A stretch of DNA of 64,000 bases from UHGV virus genome UHGV-0312576, one strand, 5' to 3'. How positions within the stretch are numbered: the stretch's first letter is position 1; the number at the start of each line of letters is the position of its first letter. The position numbers were made by a program, and so were the translations under genes. The notes under the pieces were generated by a model, which searched no databases, had not been told where the DNA came from, and saw nothing but the letters and a program-made list of their open reading frames with translations. This DNA is from a virus. This document shows, piece by piece, positions 46,100 through 54,683 of the stretch.

Positions 46100-46584
46100 T
46101 GGAGCAGCTGAATTACCTTAAACAAAAGATGATTCCTATTGTGAATCAATGTCTGAAGATACATGGCGGTGGAGAAAGCTATTTTGATGAATTAGACGGT
46201 CTGATTAAGAATGACATTGAGTTAATGGTTACATATCTTAAATATGCAGTAGAAAAAGAGAAGATTGAGAATGTGGTTGTATCTGGAGAAATTGGTCTTA
46301 TATTATCTAAGCTAATCAGCAAAAAGATTATTCCCATGGATGTTAATTTAATATGTCTGAATGGAGGGCTGCGTAAGGGGGAGGAGCCGGTGGGAACTAT
46401 CCCGCGTTACCAATCGTTCAAAGCCATCTTTTTCGATGACAGCTATTATAGTGGTAAGACGGCTATGGCAGTTCATGATTACATACATAAGTGTGGAGGA
46501 ACCATTGTGAAGAATTACGTTTTCTACGATGGTTGCTTAAAGAAACATGATGATGTGGATAGTCTATATCGGTATTACAAATAG
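46099..46584 (+). CDS. phosphoribosyltransferase-like domain protein
   Basis: PRPP-binding signature 'AIFFDDSYYSGKTAMAV'. TAATG overlap with the upstream stop. Confidence 0.5.
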   Translation: MEQLNYLKQKMIPIVNQCLKIHGGGESYFDELDGLIKNDIELMVTYLKYAVEKEKIENVVVSGEIGLILSKLISKKIIPMDVNLICLNGGLRKGEEPVGTIPRYQSFKAIFFDDSYYSGKTAMAVHDYIHKCGGTIVKNYVFYDGCLKKHDDVDSLYRYYK

Positions 46585-46624
46585 GCTGAAATTTCGGTTT
46601 CGTGTGAGGAGGTGGGTGGCGAAA

Positions 46625-46828
46625 ATGTCAATTTTGATGATTGAAGACCAGCTTGTAACGGTTAAGGGATCAGAAGTTCTGAAAGCGCAATTTGAGAATT
46701 ATTGTAGTTGGTGTTGGGGACACGGATACGGGAACTGTGATATGTGTAAAAGGGTTTATCACAGATATTATATTCCGATTAGAAAAAGAGAACTTCAAGA
46801 AAAATTGGGATTAAATGATATAAGATGA
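46625..46828 (+). CDS. small Cys/His-rich protein (67 aa)
   Basis: GGAGGTGGGTGG RBS. 'CSWCWGHGYGNCDMCK'. Confidence 0.45.
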   Translation: MSILMIEDQLVTVKGSEVLKAQFENYCSWCWGHGYGNCDMCKRVYHRYYIPIRKRELQEKLGLNDIR

Positions 46829-46869
46829 AAGTCGAGTTTCTTGTGCTAATAGAAATGGGGTGACAGAAA

Positions 46870-47205
46870 ATGGAGTGTCCATATTGTGGTAAAGAATTAA
46901 ACTGTGTAGACCATCATGGGACTGGAAGGCCGGAATGTTATTATGGAACGGCTGCTAACGGCATATATTATCCATCAACATATAACAAACTTGGTGACAT
47001 TTATAAATGCAGTAACTCTTTTGGGTTCAACAACAAAAGCGAAGCTATGGATTATATTAACGCTCAATCAGAAGCAGATTTAGAGAAATATATTAATGAT
47101 AATGAACTGGAAGACTGGATGGATATCGTCTGTGAGAGTGAAACATTTAATGAGAACTTCTACACAGACAATAATGAAAATTTATTTGAGGGTTATCCAT
47201 GTTAG
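46870..47205 (+). CDS. hypothetical protein with N-terminal CxxC (111 aa)
   Basis: ORF track. Confidence 0.5.
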   Translation: MECPYCGKELNCVDHHGTGRPECYYGTAANGIYYPSTYNKLGDIYKCSNSFGFNNKSEAMDYINAQSEADLEKYINDNELEDWMDIVCESETFNENFYTDNNENLFEGYPC

Positions 47206-47213
47206 GAGGTTGA

Positions 47214-47612
47214 ATGAAAGAACTTAGAATTATCATAGCTGGTGGGAGAGATTTTGACGATTTTGAATTACTTTACAAAAGTGTTGAGAAAATTCAGCTT
47301 GATTATGTTGATAGATATTTTGATGAATTATCAAGAGTTTGCATTGTAAGTGGAAACGCAAGAGGAGCTGATAAACTTGGCGAATTATATGCGAAGAGAA
47401 TGGGATTGCACATTTATATATGTCCAGCAGCGTGGGATTTATACGGAAAGAGTGCTGGTTACAGAAGAAATGCTGAAATGGCAAAGTTTGCTTCTGAAGA
47501 TGGTAACATTGGCGTACTGATTGCATTCTGGGACGGTAAGAGTCGAGGAACTAAACATATGATTGATTTGGCGAAGAGATATGGACTGAAAGTACATGCG
47601 GTGAACTACTAG
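47214..47612 (+). CDS. SLOG-superfamily (DUF2493/YspA-like) protein
   Basis: 'IIIAGGRDF', 'SGNARGADKLGELYA', 'PAAWDLYGKSAGYRRN' and 'AFWDGKSRGTKHMIDLA' match DUF2493. Confidence 0.6.
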   Translation: MKELRIIIAGGRDFDDFELLYKSVEKIQLDYVDRYFDELSRVCIVSGNARGADKLGELYAKRMGLHIYICPAAWDLYGKSAGYRRNAEMAKFASEDGNIGVLIAFWDGKSRGTKHMIDLAKRYGLKVHAVNY

Positions 47613-47628
47613 ATGGGAGAATATATAA

Positions 47629-47898
47629 ATGAAGAAAACAAAACAGATTGATACATATTATTGTGATTATTGCGGTAAAGAGTGTGAACAAACACCGGAA
47701 TATTTTATGCCAGAAATAAGAAAAGTACAATATACAAGCCGTTGCTCGAAAAATATTATTAGACCATCACAAAAGGATATTTGTCCAGTTTGCCAAAAGC
47801 AGATTGCGAAACTTATCAATCTCTTACATTATGCAGATTTTGTAGGTGATGATATGGAAAAAGTGGTATATGTGCTTTTGAAAAAGTCAAAGGCTTGA
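47629..47898 (+). CDS. zinc-ribbon protein (89 aa)
   Basis: ORF track. 'CDYCGK...CPVCQ'. Confidence 0.45.
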   Translation: MKKTKQIDTYYCDYCGKECEQTPEYFMPEIRKVQYTSRCSKNIIRPSQKDICPVCQKQIAKLINLLHYADFVGDDMEKVVYVLLKKSKA

Positions 47899-47953
47899 AA
47901 CTTTGGATTCGTGTGAAAGTGGGTGATTTAATATCATAAGAAATATAGATGAA

Positions 47954-48148
47954 ATGGCAGAAGATGAGTCATTGTGTGAATATTGTGATGCGGAACCTGG
48001 TTGGCATATGCCTGGTGGCGGTACTCCGTATTCTTGTGAAGGCGCATATTGTAAAGAAGCATATGAGTGCTATTTGAATGAATTGGGTATTTCCGATAGG
48101 GTTGTAAAGATTAAAAATAAAACAAAAGTGACGATAGAAAGGGATTAA
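47954..48148 (+). CDS. small Cys-rich protein (64 aa)
   Basis: ORF track. Confidence 0.4.
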   Translation: MAEDESLCEYCDAEPGWHMPGGGTPYSCEGAYCKEAYECYLNELGISDRVVKIKNKTKVTIERD

Positions 48149-48149
48149 T

Positions 48150-48719
48150 ATGGGGCAGATTTTAAAGATAGAATACGATATGGAAGACATGGTTCTTGGT
48201 ATTAAAGAAGCGGTTAAAGAAGAATTGAAGCCTGAAATTGCTGAGGAAATCCGAGAGGAAATCAAGTCAGAAATTAAGTCAGAGATTATGAATAAGGTAA
48301 AAGAACAGATTCCAGAGGATACATCGGTTTGGCTCAAAGATATTATGAAAGAAATTTATGATACAGAAATCATCAGAGTCGGTGGTGGATGGAACGAAGA
48401 TGATAAAGAATATACATTGAGAGAATATGTAATTGAACAGATTAAGGACAGGATTGTAAACAATGATTGTGGTTCAAAAAAGAGTTATTCTTCAACGTCA
48501 TTTAATGAATGGTTTAGAGATAAATGTGTAGATACTGATATACAGAAAGTGATCGATAGAGAAATCAAGACAATTCGTGATGATGTAAATAGCAAAGTAA
48601 AAAGTATGTTTGATAGCAGCACAAAGCAAATGTTATCAGAAGCGGTTCTGAATGTACTTATGGCGAATGATACATATAAGAAAATCGAAAGCAATATTGG
48701 TAGTATAGCTTCAAAATAA
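48150..48719 (+). CDS. hypothetical protein with an EEIxxEIK repeat-rich N-terminus (189 aa)
   Basis: ORF track. Confidence 0.5.
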   Translation: MGQILKIEYDMEDMVLGIKEAVKEELKPEIAEEIREEIKSEIKSEIMNKVKEQIPEDTSVWLKDIMKEIYDTEIIRVGGGWNEDDKEYTLREYVIEQIKDRIVNNDCGSKKSYSSTSFNEWFRDKCVDTDIQKVIDREIKTIRDDVNSKVKSMFDSSTKQMLSEAVLNVLMANDTYKKIESNIGSIASK

Positions 48720-48761
48720 GGTTTGAAATCTTGGTTTCCTGTGTACGGGGAGGATAATAGT

Positions 48762-49010
48762 ATGGATCAAAATAAATCAGATTATGAAATATATCTATCG
48801 TTATTACAAAATGCAAATATTAAACATGTTACTACAAAGGGAGACTTCCCAGAGAGTTTATATGATAATTTGTATATCGCTACATATGCATCTTATAGCG
48901 ATAGTATAATAACTGTTCATCAATTTAAAGAGTCTGGTAAATTATGTGATATTTATATTGCAGATGCATGTAAAACTTTGGAAGAGTTTTTGAATTATAC
49001 ATCAGAATAA
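48762..49010 (+). CDS. hypothetical protein (82 aa)
   Basis: GGGGAGGA RBS at the internal Met. Confidence 0.45.
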   Translation: MDQNKSDYEIYLSLLQNANIKHVTTKGDFPESLYDNLYIATYASYSDSIITVHQFKESGKLCDIYIADACKTLEEFLNYTSE

Positions 49011-49084
49011 ACCATCGTTTCATGAGAAATAAAGGAGCGTGAAAAAGTAGTAAAAATCGGTTAGAAGAAAGGTGGTGAAAAGTA

Positions 49085-49459
49085 GTGCATCCGAGCAAAT
49101 TCTTTGAAGAGGTAGGTTGTCGGACTCACATGGATGTGTTTGAACAATATGATCCCTATATCAAGGAGCAGCTTAAAAATGTGCATCCTTTGAATTTCAT
49201 AAAAACCAGGGTTACACTTCCGGTTTTCAAGATTACAATTTCATATAGTACAATAAAAGGTAATCTTCGCCATACGGAAAAGTATATTGTTTTAGACAAC
49301 TCACATCTAGAATCATCAGACTCATTTAATTTATATGTTGAATCAAATGTGCAAATGGAATGTGATTCCTATAACTCGGCTCATCCAAAGAATCCGATGC
49401 TAGATTTTATGATAAATAAGATTGAATTCGTTTGTGACGCTGTGCTACCAATTGGGTAG
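49085..49459 (+). CDS. hypothetical protein (start uncertain, GTG at 49085 or ATG at 49130)
   Basis: ORF track. Confidence 0.35.
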   Translation: MHPSKFFEEVGCRTHMDVFEQYDPYIKEQLKNVHPLNFIKTRVTLPVFKITISYSTIKGNLRHTEKYIVLDNSHLESSDSFNLYVESNVQMECDSYNSAHPKNPMLDFMINKIEFVCDAVLPIG

Positions 49460-49633
49460 GTTTTTACCAGATGTATTAAACGCCTTTAGTAGATAAAGGT
49501 TGTCACGAGATTATGAAGCTGGAACGCTGAGATAAATAATCGAAAAAGATATGCGGTAGTGACATAAAAAGACACCCGCTAAGTATGGCTTTGCCTCATG
49601 CAAGCGTAATAAATTGCGTGAGGAAAGTACATA

Positions 49634-50635
49634 TTGGTAGAAAGCAAATATACAGCAACAGACTTAAAGATTATGCAGTCCTGGCTCCTGGAAAGAAAAA
49701 TTCAGGTGAGTCAAACCAGGATATTAGAAACATATAACAGATATAATAACATGTGTTACGTCTCCTTTAGCGGAGGCAAGGATAGTAGCGTATTGGCTGA
49801 TTTAACAGCCAGAGTATGTAAAGTACTAAACTGTAAATTAGTTCTATGGTTCTCAGATACAGGTCTTGAATTTCCAGAAGTAAAAAAACATGTCAAAGAG
49901 TTTCCAACCTATTTAAGAAACAGATATGGTATTGAAGTTGAACTGATAGTAGATTATCCGAGAGATAAATCTGGTAAGCGTATATCATTTAGAGATGTGG
50001 TGTTGACTGAAGGATATCCGGTTATCTCTAAAACTGTCAGCCGCCAGGTTCGCGATGTAAAGAAGCTTGGTAAAAATTGCTGGGCTTACGGATGTTTCAA
50101 TGGCAGAGAGAAAGGTATCTATAATATGCTGCAATGGAAGTATCTTATTGATGCTCCATTCAAGGTATCCAATAAGTGCTGCCAAATCATGAAGAAGAAT
50201 CCAGCTAAGAGGTTCAATAAGAGTAGTGGAAGAATACCTATTATTGGGACCATGGCCTGTGAGAGTAAGCAGCGAAAAACAGAGCGGCTACATAATGGCT
50301 GTAATGCTTTCGATAAAGGGGAACCTAGCAGCCAACCGATTAGCTTTTGGACAGAAAATGATGTTCTGGAATATCTATACCGTTTTGATGTACCATATCC
50401 ATCAGTTTATGGAGAAATATGTATTGATGAGGATGGCAAATATTATTGTACAGGATATAGTAGAACGGGATGTGTATTTTGCGCTTTTGGGTGTCATCTG
50501 GAAAAGGATATTAATCGATTCCAGAGATTATTAAAGACTCATCCGAGGCTTTGGCTTTATTGTATGAAACCTGTAATGTATGGTGGTCTGGGAATGGCTA
50601 AGGTGCTTAGGTATATAGGCGTAAAGTATTTTTGA
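49634..50635 (+). CDS. PAPS-reductase-family PP-loop protein (DndC-like) with a C-terminal Cys cluster
   Basis: PP-loop 'VSFSGGKDSS'. C-terminal 'CTGYSRTGCVFCAFGC'. 333 aa. Confidence 0.6.
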   Translation: MVESKYTATDLKIMQSWLLERKIQVSQTRILETYNRYNNMCYVSFSGGKDSSVLADLTARVCKVLNCKLVLWFSDTGLEFPEVKKHVKEFPTYLRNRYGIEVELIVDYPRDKSGKRISFRDVVLTEGYPVISKTVSRQVRDVKKLGKNCWAYGCFNGREKGIYNMLQWKYLIDAPFKVSNKCCQIMKKNPAKRFNKSSGRIPIIGTMACESKQRKTERLHNGCNAFDKGEPSSQPISFWTENDVLEYLYRFDVPYPSVYGEICIDEDGKYYCTGYSRTGCVFCAFGCHLEKDINRFQRLLKTHPRLWLYCMKPVMYGGLGMAKVLRYIGVKYF

Positions 50636-50637
50636 AT

Positions 50638-51060
50638 TTATGAGGAACCTGGAATAAGTTTAATTAGAGTCTCCACATCGGCATTACTACTTTTATTGAG
50701 GAGTGTCACTGATTGTATTTTGGTTATTATTTCGGGGTAACTTGCAACGATGTCACCCATAAAGTTCACCCTAATTGTATCGCCAGTTTTTATGTCGCTC
50801 AAAGCAATTGTCTCTGAATCGGCGTTTTGTATTATGACATCATTGAGATGCATTTTAATTATTCGTATTTCATTTTCGCTATCAACTAAAATGTAATATT
50901 TATCTCTTGATTGCTGACCATTTACAATAACATATGTGCCTGTAAACTCAGCAGGATGATTGCCATATTCAAACTCTTTATTCTGGCATGAAAATGAGGT
51001 TGTGTTTATTGCAATCAGTAGTATAATTCCGAAGCCGATGATATACAGATATCTCCTCAT
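50638..51060 (-). CDS. secreted or lipoprotein-like protein on the opposite strand (moron)
   Basis: N-terminal signal-like 'IIGFGIILLIAINTTSFSC'. 140 aa. Confidence 0.5.
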   Translation of the reverse strand: MRRYLYIIGFGIILLIAINTTSFSCQNKEFEYGNHPAEFTGTYVIVNGQQSRDKYYILVDSENEIRIIKMHLNDVIIQNADSETIALSDIKTGDTIRVNFMGDIVASYPEIITKIQSVTLLNKSSNADVETLIKLIPGSS

Positions 51061-51246
51061 TCCAGTCTCCTTTCTATTTTACATTAAAAATACTACAATC
51101 AAAATAAAAAGTCAATCTGAATGCTGAATAGCATTCTAACGGTTTTGGTAACGGGGATGTTGGAGGTCCATTTAGAAGAGGTTTTGAGTTTGAATTGCAA
51201 GTGCTAAAGGTCGAGACAAATCATTCATGTGAGATGAGGTGATGGT

Positions 51247-51495
51247 ATGACAAATGTAGAGAAAATTGATTATATGATTCAGTCATTGCAGATAGCAAAA
51301 GAAGAGATATCATATGCTCAGAGGTGGGCAGAGAAGTATAAGATAGACACAGAGCATTGTTGGACGGAGCGGATTCCTAATGGAACAATAATTCGTGAGT
51401 CACTAAAGATGGTCGGTCGCATGGCAAATATCGTAGCGAATAATGTTGTTTTAAGTCCGTATTCCAAGGATGTGTTTAAACATGATGAATCATGA
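51247..51495 (+). CDS. hypothetical protein (82 aa)
   Basis: ORF track. RBS GATGAGGTG. Confidence 0.45.
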   Translation: MTNVEKIDYMIQSLQIAKEEISYAQRWAEKYKIDTEHCWTERIPNGTIIRESLKMVGRMANIVANNVVLSPYSKDVFKHDES

Positions 51496-51530
51496 ATTTC
51501 CTCTGTTAAATAAGGTAGGTATGAAAGTAT

Positions 51531-51800
51531 ATGACTATAAAGAAAATCCCATGTACATATGGAGAATATGAGTTTTATGAAACCATAAATAATACAGAAG
51601 TTAGAATTGCCTCATTAACAGGACAACTTGTGGGGCATTCAAAAATGTTCCTTACTATGTATTTTCCAGCAAGAGAATGTTCAGAAGTGATTCTTGATTT
51701 AAAGTATCATGCTTATGAAGAAGTGTTAGAAAAAGCAATGAGAATCATAAGGAAGAAGATGTATGTTGCAGCACAAGAAATATTAAATGGAATACGATAA
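51531..51800 (+). CDS. hypothetical protein (89 aa)
   Basis: ORF track. Confidence 0.45.
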   Translation: MTIKKIPCTYGEYEFYETINNTEVRIASLTGQLVGHSKMFLTMYFPARECSEVILDLKYHAYEEVLEKAMRIIRKKMYVAAQEILNGIR

Positions 51801-51839
51801 AATGCGACTTTCGAGCAAGGATAAAGGAGGAAAATTTAT

Positions 51840-52004
51840 ATGACAAGAATAACAGATAGAAACACCAATGGTTCCATAGATATTCTGGATGATTGGGGAA
51901 GATGTAGGTATACAATTCAAGGCAATGAGACTGGTTTGATTGCAGATATTGGTAGGAAACTTGCTGAATATGAAGATGATGCGGAAGTAATTGAGAATGA
52001 GTAA
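51840..52004 (+). CDS. small hypothetical protein (54 aa)
   Basis: AAAGGAGG RBS. Confidence 0.4.
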   Translation: MTRITDRNTNGSIDILDDWGRCRYTIQGNETGLIADIGRKLAEYEDDAEVIENE

Positions 52005-52005
52005 T

Positions 52006-52209
52006 ATGACAGATTTAGAACGGTTTGAAGATGCTTTGGTAACAGTTGGTATTGAGTATAATAAGAGGATTTTCCAACCTAAAAATTTTCCCAAAGTGAT
52101 CGAACTTGATATAAATGAGAAATATATTTATATGTCATATAGTAATTCAGTAAGTATTAGATTTGATGAAGATGGGAAATTTACCTGTTTTGAAGCTTTT
52201 GGAGAATAA
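52006..52209 (+). CDS. hypothetical protein (67 aa)
   Basis: Internal Met of ORF-track entry 51991-52209, directly after the upstream stop. Confidence 0.4.
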   Translation: MTDLERFEDALVTVGIEYNKRIFQPKNFPKVIELDINEKYIYMSYSNSVSIRFDEDGKFTCFEAFGE

Positions 52210-52251
52210 GCAGTAAATGTAGGTTTCATGACGTGAAAAGGAGAGAAAAGA

Positions 52252-52683
52252 ATGAGACACAGAATTGGTGGATTAGAGAATGTATATATGGGATTAGGTG
52301 CAGATAATATTCCATATGAATTAGACAATACGTGGAGTGGACATAAGGAATTAGATACTGTGGCAGATAAAATGTTAGATGATGCGGTAGAAACACTATT
52401 TGCAGAAATCGGCGGCTTTGATTATAAGGTTACTTGCAACAATAATTCATTTAAGATTTTATTCGGAAGAGAACCAGCGTATAAGCACGACCCGTATCAG
52501 ATGTGTACAATAACCACTTTATATAATGAGTGCAATATTAAACGTGGAACAGCTAGAGGCTATTATGGTGAAGACGTTGAGATTGAATATGACAAAAATA
52601 TTTCAGATGCAGATTGTGATAAAGCATTTGTAGAATTTGTTAACAAGTGGCATCCACAACTGCTAGAGGCTATGAAGTGTTGA
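52252..52683 (+). CDS. hypothetical protein (143 aa)
   Basis: ORF track. RBS AAAGGAGAG. Confidence 0.5.
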   Translation: MRHRIGGLENVYMGLGADNIPYELDNTWSGHKELDTVADKMLDDAVETLFAEIGGFDYKVTCNNNSFKILFGREPAYKHDPYQMCTITTLYNECNIKRGTARGYYGEDVEIEYDKNISDADCDKAFVEFVNKWHPQLLEAMKC

Positions 52684-52700
52684 TTTCGAGAGGAGATGTT

Positions 52701-52973
52701 ATGGGAAGATTAATTGATTCAGATAAAGTGTCTACAAAGATATATTTGACTGGATGTCGTACTAATCAGATTGAAGAAGCGATTGACAATACAGAAACTG
52801 CATTTGATATGGATATGGTTCTGGAGCAGCTTGAAGACTATGGAAAGTTTAAGGGAGTACTTCGCTGCGAAGGTGAGAGCTTTGAAAACTACATACCAGT
52901 ATCAGTGGCAAAGCTGATTGTGAAGGGGCGTGGCCTGGGTGGAGTCCTGGGATATGTGGAAGAAAACTTATGA
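52701..52973 (+). CDS. hypothetical protein (90 aa)
   Basis: GAGAGGAG RBS at the internal Met. Confidence 0.45.
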   Translation: MGRLIDSDKVSTKIYLTGCRTNQIEEAIDNTETAFDMDMVLEQLEDYGKFKGVLRCEGESFENYIPVSVAKLIVKGRGLGGVLGYVEENL

Positions 52974-52974
52974 G

Positions 52975-53400
52975 AAGAAGATTTATATAGAAATACCTTT
53001 GAAAAAGGTATCTAGTAATTCCCTGCTAAATACCTTTCACCTGAGTTTCTTCCATTACCTTGTCAATTTTTCTTCCGTGATTCAACGGTCACTTGGGAAC
53101 TGGACTTCGTCTCTTATTCGCTATATCCAGGGTAATATAGAGTTTTTAGACAAAACTTCGCAATTTATGGTATCAGGAACCTTAACAATAGATGTCCCAG
53201 CTACGAAGTTCGTGAAGTAATGGTGCAGGGCAAATTCAAAACTGCCTTCAAACTAGTGCCCTCCAGCTCATTAGATTTGCCCTAGAAGGAGCAAGATAAT
53301 TATACATAATTTTGAACAATATAATAACAATAAATTAGAGAAATTTTATGAAGTAAAAGCAACAGAATGAATTCTAGTTTTCATGTGAATTGCATAGAGG
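52975..53400. other. 420-bp non-coding tract with hairpins and a long-range inverted repeat
   Basis: ATACCTT/AAGGTAT hairpin at 52994-53013. AGGGCAAAT (53227-53235) and ATTTGCCCT (53275-53283) lie 39 nt apart. The + strand is pyrimidine-rich. The overlapping ORF-track entry 52930-53220 is judged spurious. Confidence 0.3.
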
Positions 53401-53403
53401 GGA

Positions 53404-53655
53404 GTGTTTAGATTGGATTTAGTGAAAGTTGATATTGACGAACTTAGGTATCGTATAAATAAATTTGAACAGTGCACAAATAAAGAAGCCTATCTTATTA
53501 TGAGCGGCAATACAATGAGTTGCTTGGAGAGTATATATCCATTTACTATATGGCATTCAGTAGAATATTCCAAAACAGGAATTGTCGCAGAATTTGACCA
53601 TAGAAAGATATTTATCGATAAAGATATTGCTTTTGGAAAAGTCGAAATACGATGA
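53404..53655 (+). CDS. hypothetical protein (83 aa), paralog of the gene at 56079 (both end FGxxEIR)
   Basis: ORF track. Shared 'KVDI...Y....Q.AYL.MS.NTM......I......FGKVEIR' pattern. Confidence 0.5.
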   Translation: MFRLDLVKVDIDELRYRINKFEQCTNKEAYLIMSGNTMSCLESIYPFTIWHSVEYSKTGIVAEFDHRKIFIDKDIAFGKVEIR

Positions 53656-54269
53656 AGCACGTCTTTCATATTATTACAGGGGGGGGGGATGAAAAAATAA
53701 AACAAATAATAAAACTGATGAAAATATTAATATCTAAATATGAATTAAAACACCCAGAAAATGAATCACCAGTCTATATTTGTGAAAATATTAATACTCG
53801 AAACAGATATAAAAATGAAAGATATAAGATTCCAGAAGATCAACCTCAGTGTCCCGTTTATAAAGACAATCGTTGCTGTGGTGGGTGTAAGTTAGCTCCT
53901 GAATGTGAACATTGTGTTGATTGTGGTTGCTATGGTTTTACAAAAGTTCACATGGGAGGAACAGATAAGAATTACTATTTGCACAAGGCATCTAATAATT
54001 ATGGTATAGGACGAATAGGCAAAGACGGAAAATTTGATTGGAACTACTACTATTTTAATAAAAAGCGGAAAGAGCTTAAGGTTGGTAAATATATTTTACA
54101 GAACAATAAAATATATGAAATTAAGTCATCTCCAAGTCGCAACGGTAAGTTCACAGCCCTAGAAATTGGTACAGATAATTATGTGAGACTTAACATAAAT
54201 GAAATGGAAAATTATATGTCTACATACGATAGCAAAGAGCAACTTATGTTATACAATAAAATGACATGA
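53652..54269 (+). CDS. Cys-rich protein (205 aa) with a G10 homopolymer in codons 9-13
   Basis: ORF track. ATGA overlap with the upstream stop. 'CCGGCKLAPECEHCVDCGC'. Confidence 0.45.
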   Translation: MKHVFHIITGGGDEKIKQIIKLMKILISKYELKHPENESPVYICENINTRNRYKNERYKIPEDQPQCPVYKDNRCCGGCKLAPECEHCVDCGCYGFTKVHMGGTDKNYYLHKASNNYGIGRIGKDGKFDWNYYYFNKKRKELKVGKYILQNNKIYEIKSSPSRNGKFTALEIGTDNYVRLNINEMENYMSTYDSKEQLMLYNKMT

Positions 54270-54281
54270 AAAATCGGTTTC

Positions 54282-54683
54282 GTGTGGAAAGGAGAGAATC
54301 AGTTGCAGTTAGATAAAATAACAGAGGATAAGATTAGAGAACAATTTCGTTCATATGAATTTCAAAATTTTATGTTTGAAATGCTTGTTGGCAACTCAAG
54401 GGACGAAAATGGAGAATTATTTAAACATGTGTATAATTGCGAATTAGAGGAGACAGAAAACGAATTAATATATTTAATTGAATCGCATGTCAATCACAAT
54501 ATTTTACTAAATAGAAATACAATTATCTCGTTTATATTGAGACATGTTGTGACTGAGCTATTTAACAGTGATTTGAATTGTAATCATATTAAATTCTTTG
54601 CTTTATGTAATCAGCTTTATTATATGGTGTTTAAAGAAATACAAAAGTACTATAAACCTTTCATGCTTAAGGAGAATATATAA
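54282..54683 (+). CDS. hypothetical protein (133 aa)
   Basis: ORF track. RBS GGAAAGGAGAG. Confidence 0.45.
   Translation: MWKGENQLQLDKITEDKIREQFRSYEFQNFMFEMLVGNSRDENGELFKHVYNCELEETENELIYLIESHVNHNILLNRNTIISFILRHVVTELFNSDLNCNHIKFFALCNQLYYMVFKEIQKYYKPFMLKENI

Noticed and set aside
47233-48337. minus-strand ORFs 47233-47526 and 47969-48337
   Set aside because: Antisense to the SLOG gene and to Cys-rich or 189-aa + strand genes that carry RBSs.
49460-49633. possible preQ1-type riboswitch before the PAPS-reductase-like gene
   Set aside because: Only one imperfect hairpin is present. There is no conserved riboswitch core that I could recognise.
52930-53220. + strand 96-aa ORF
   Set aside because: No RBS. 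It runs through a hairpin-rich pyrimidine tract. I treated the region as non-coding and regulatory instead.
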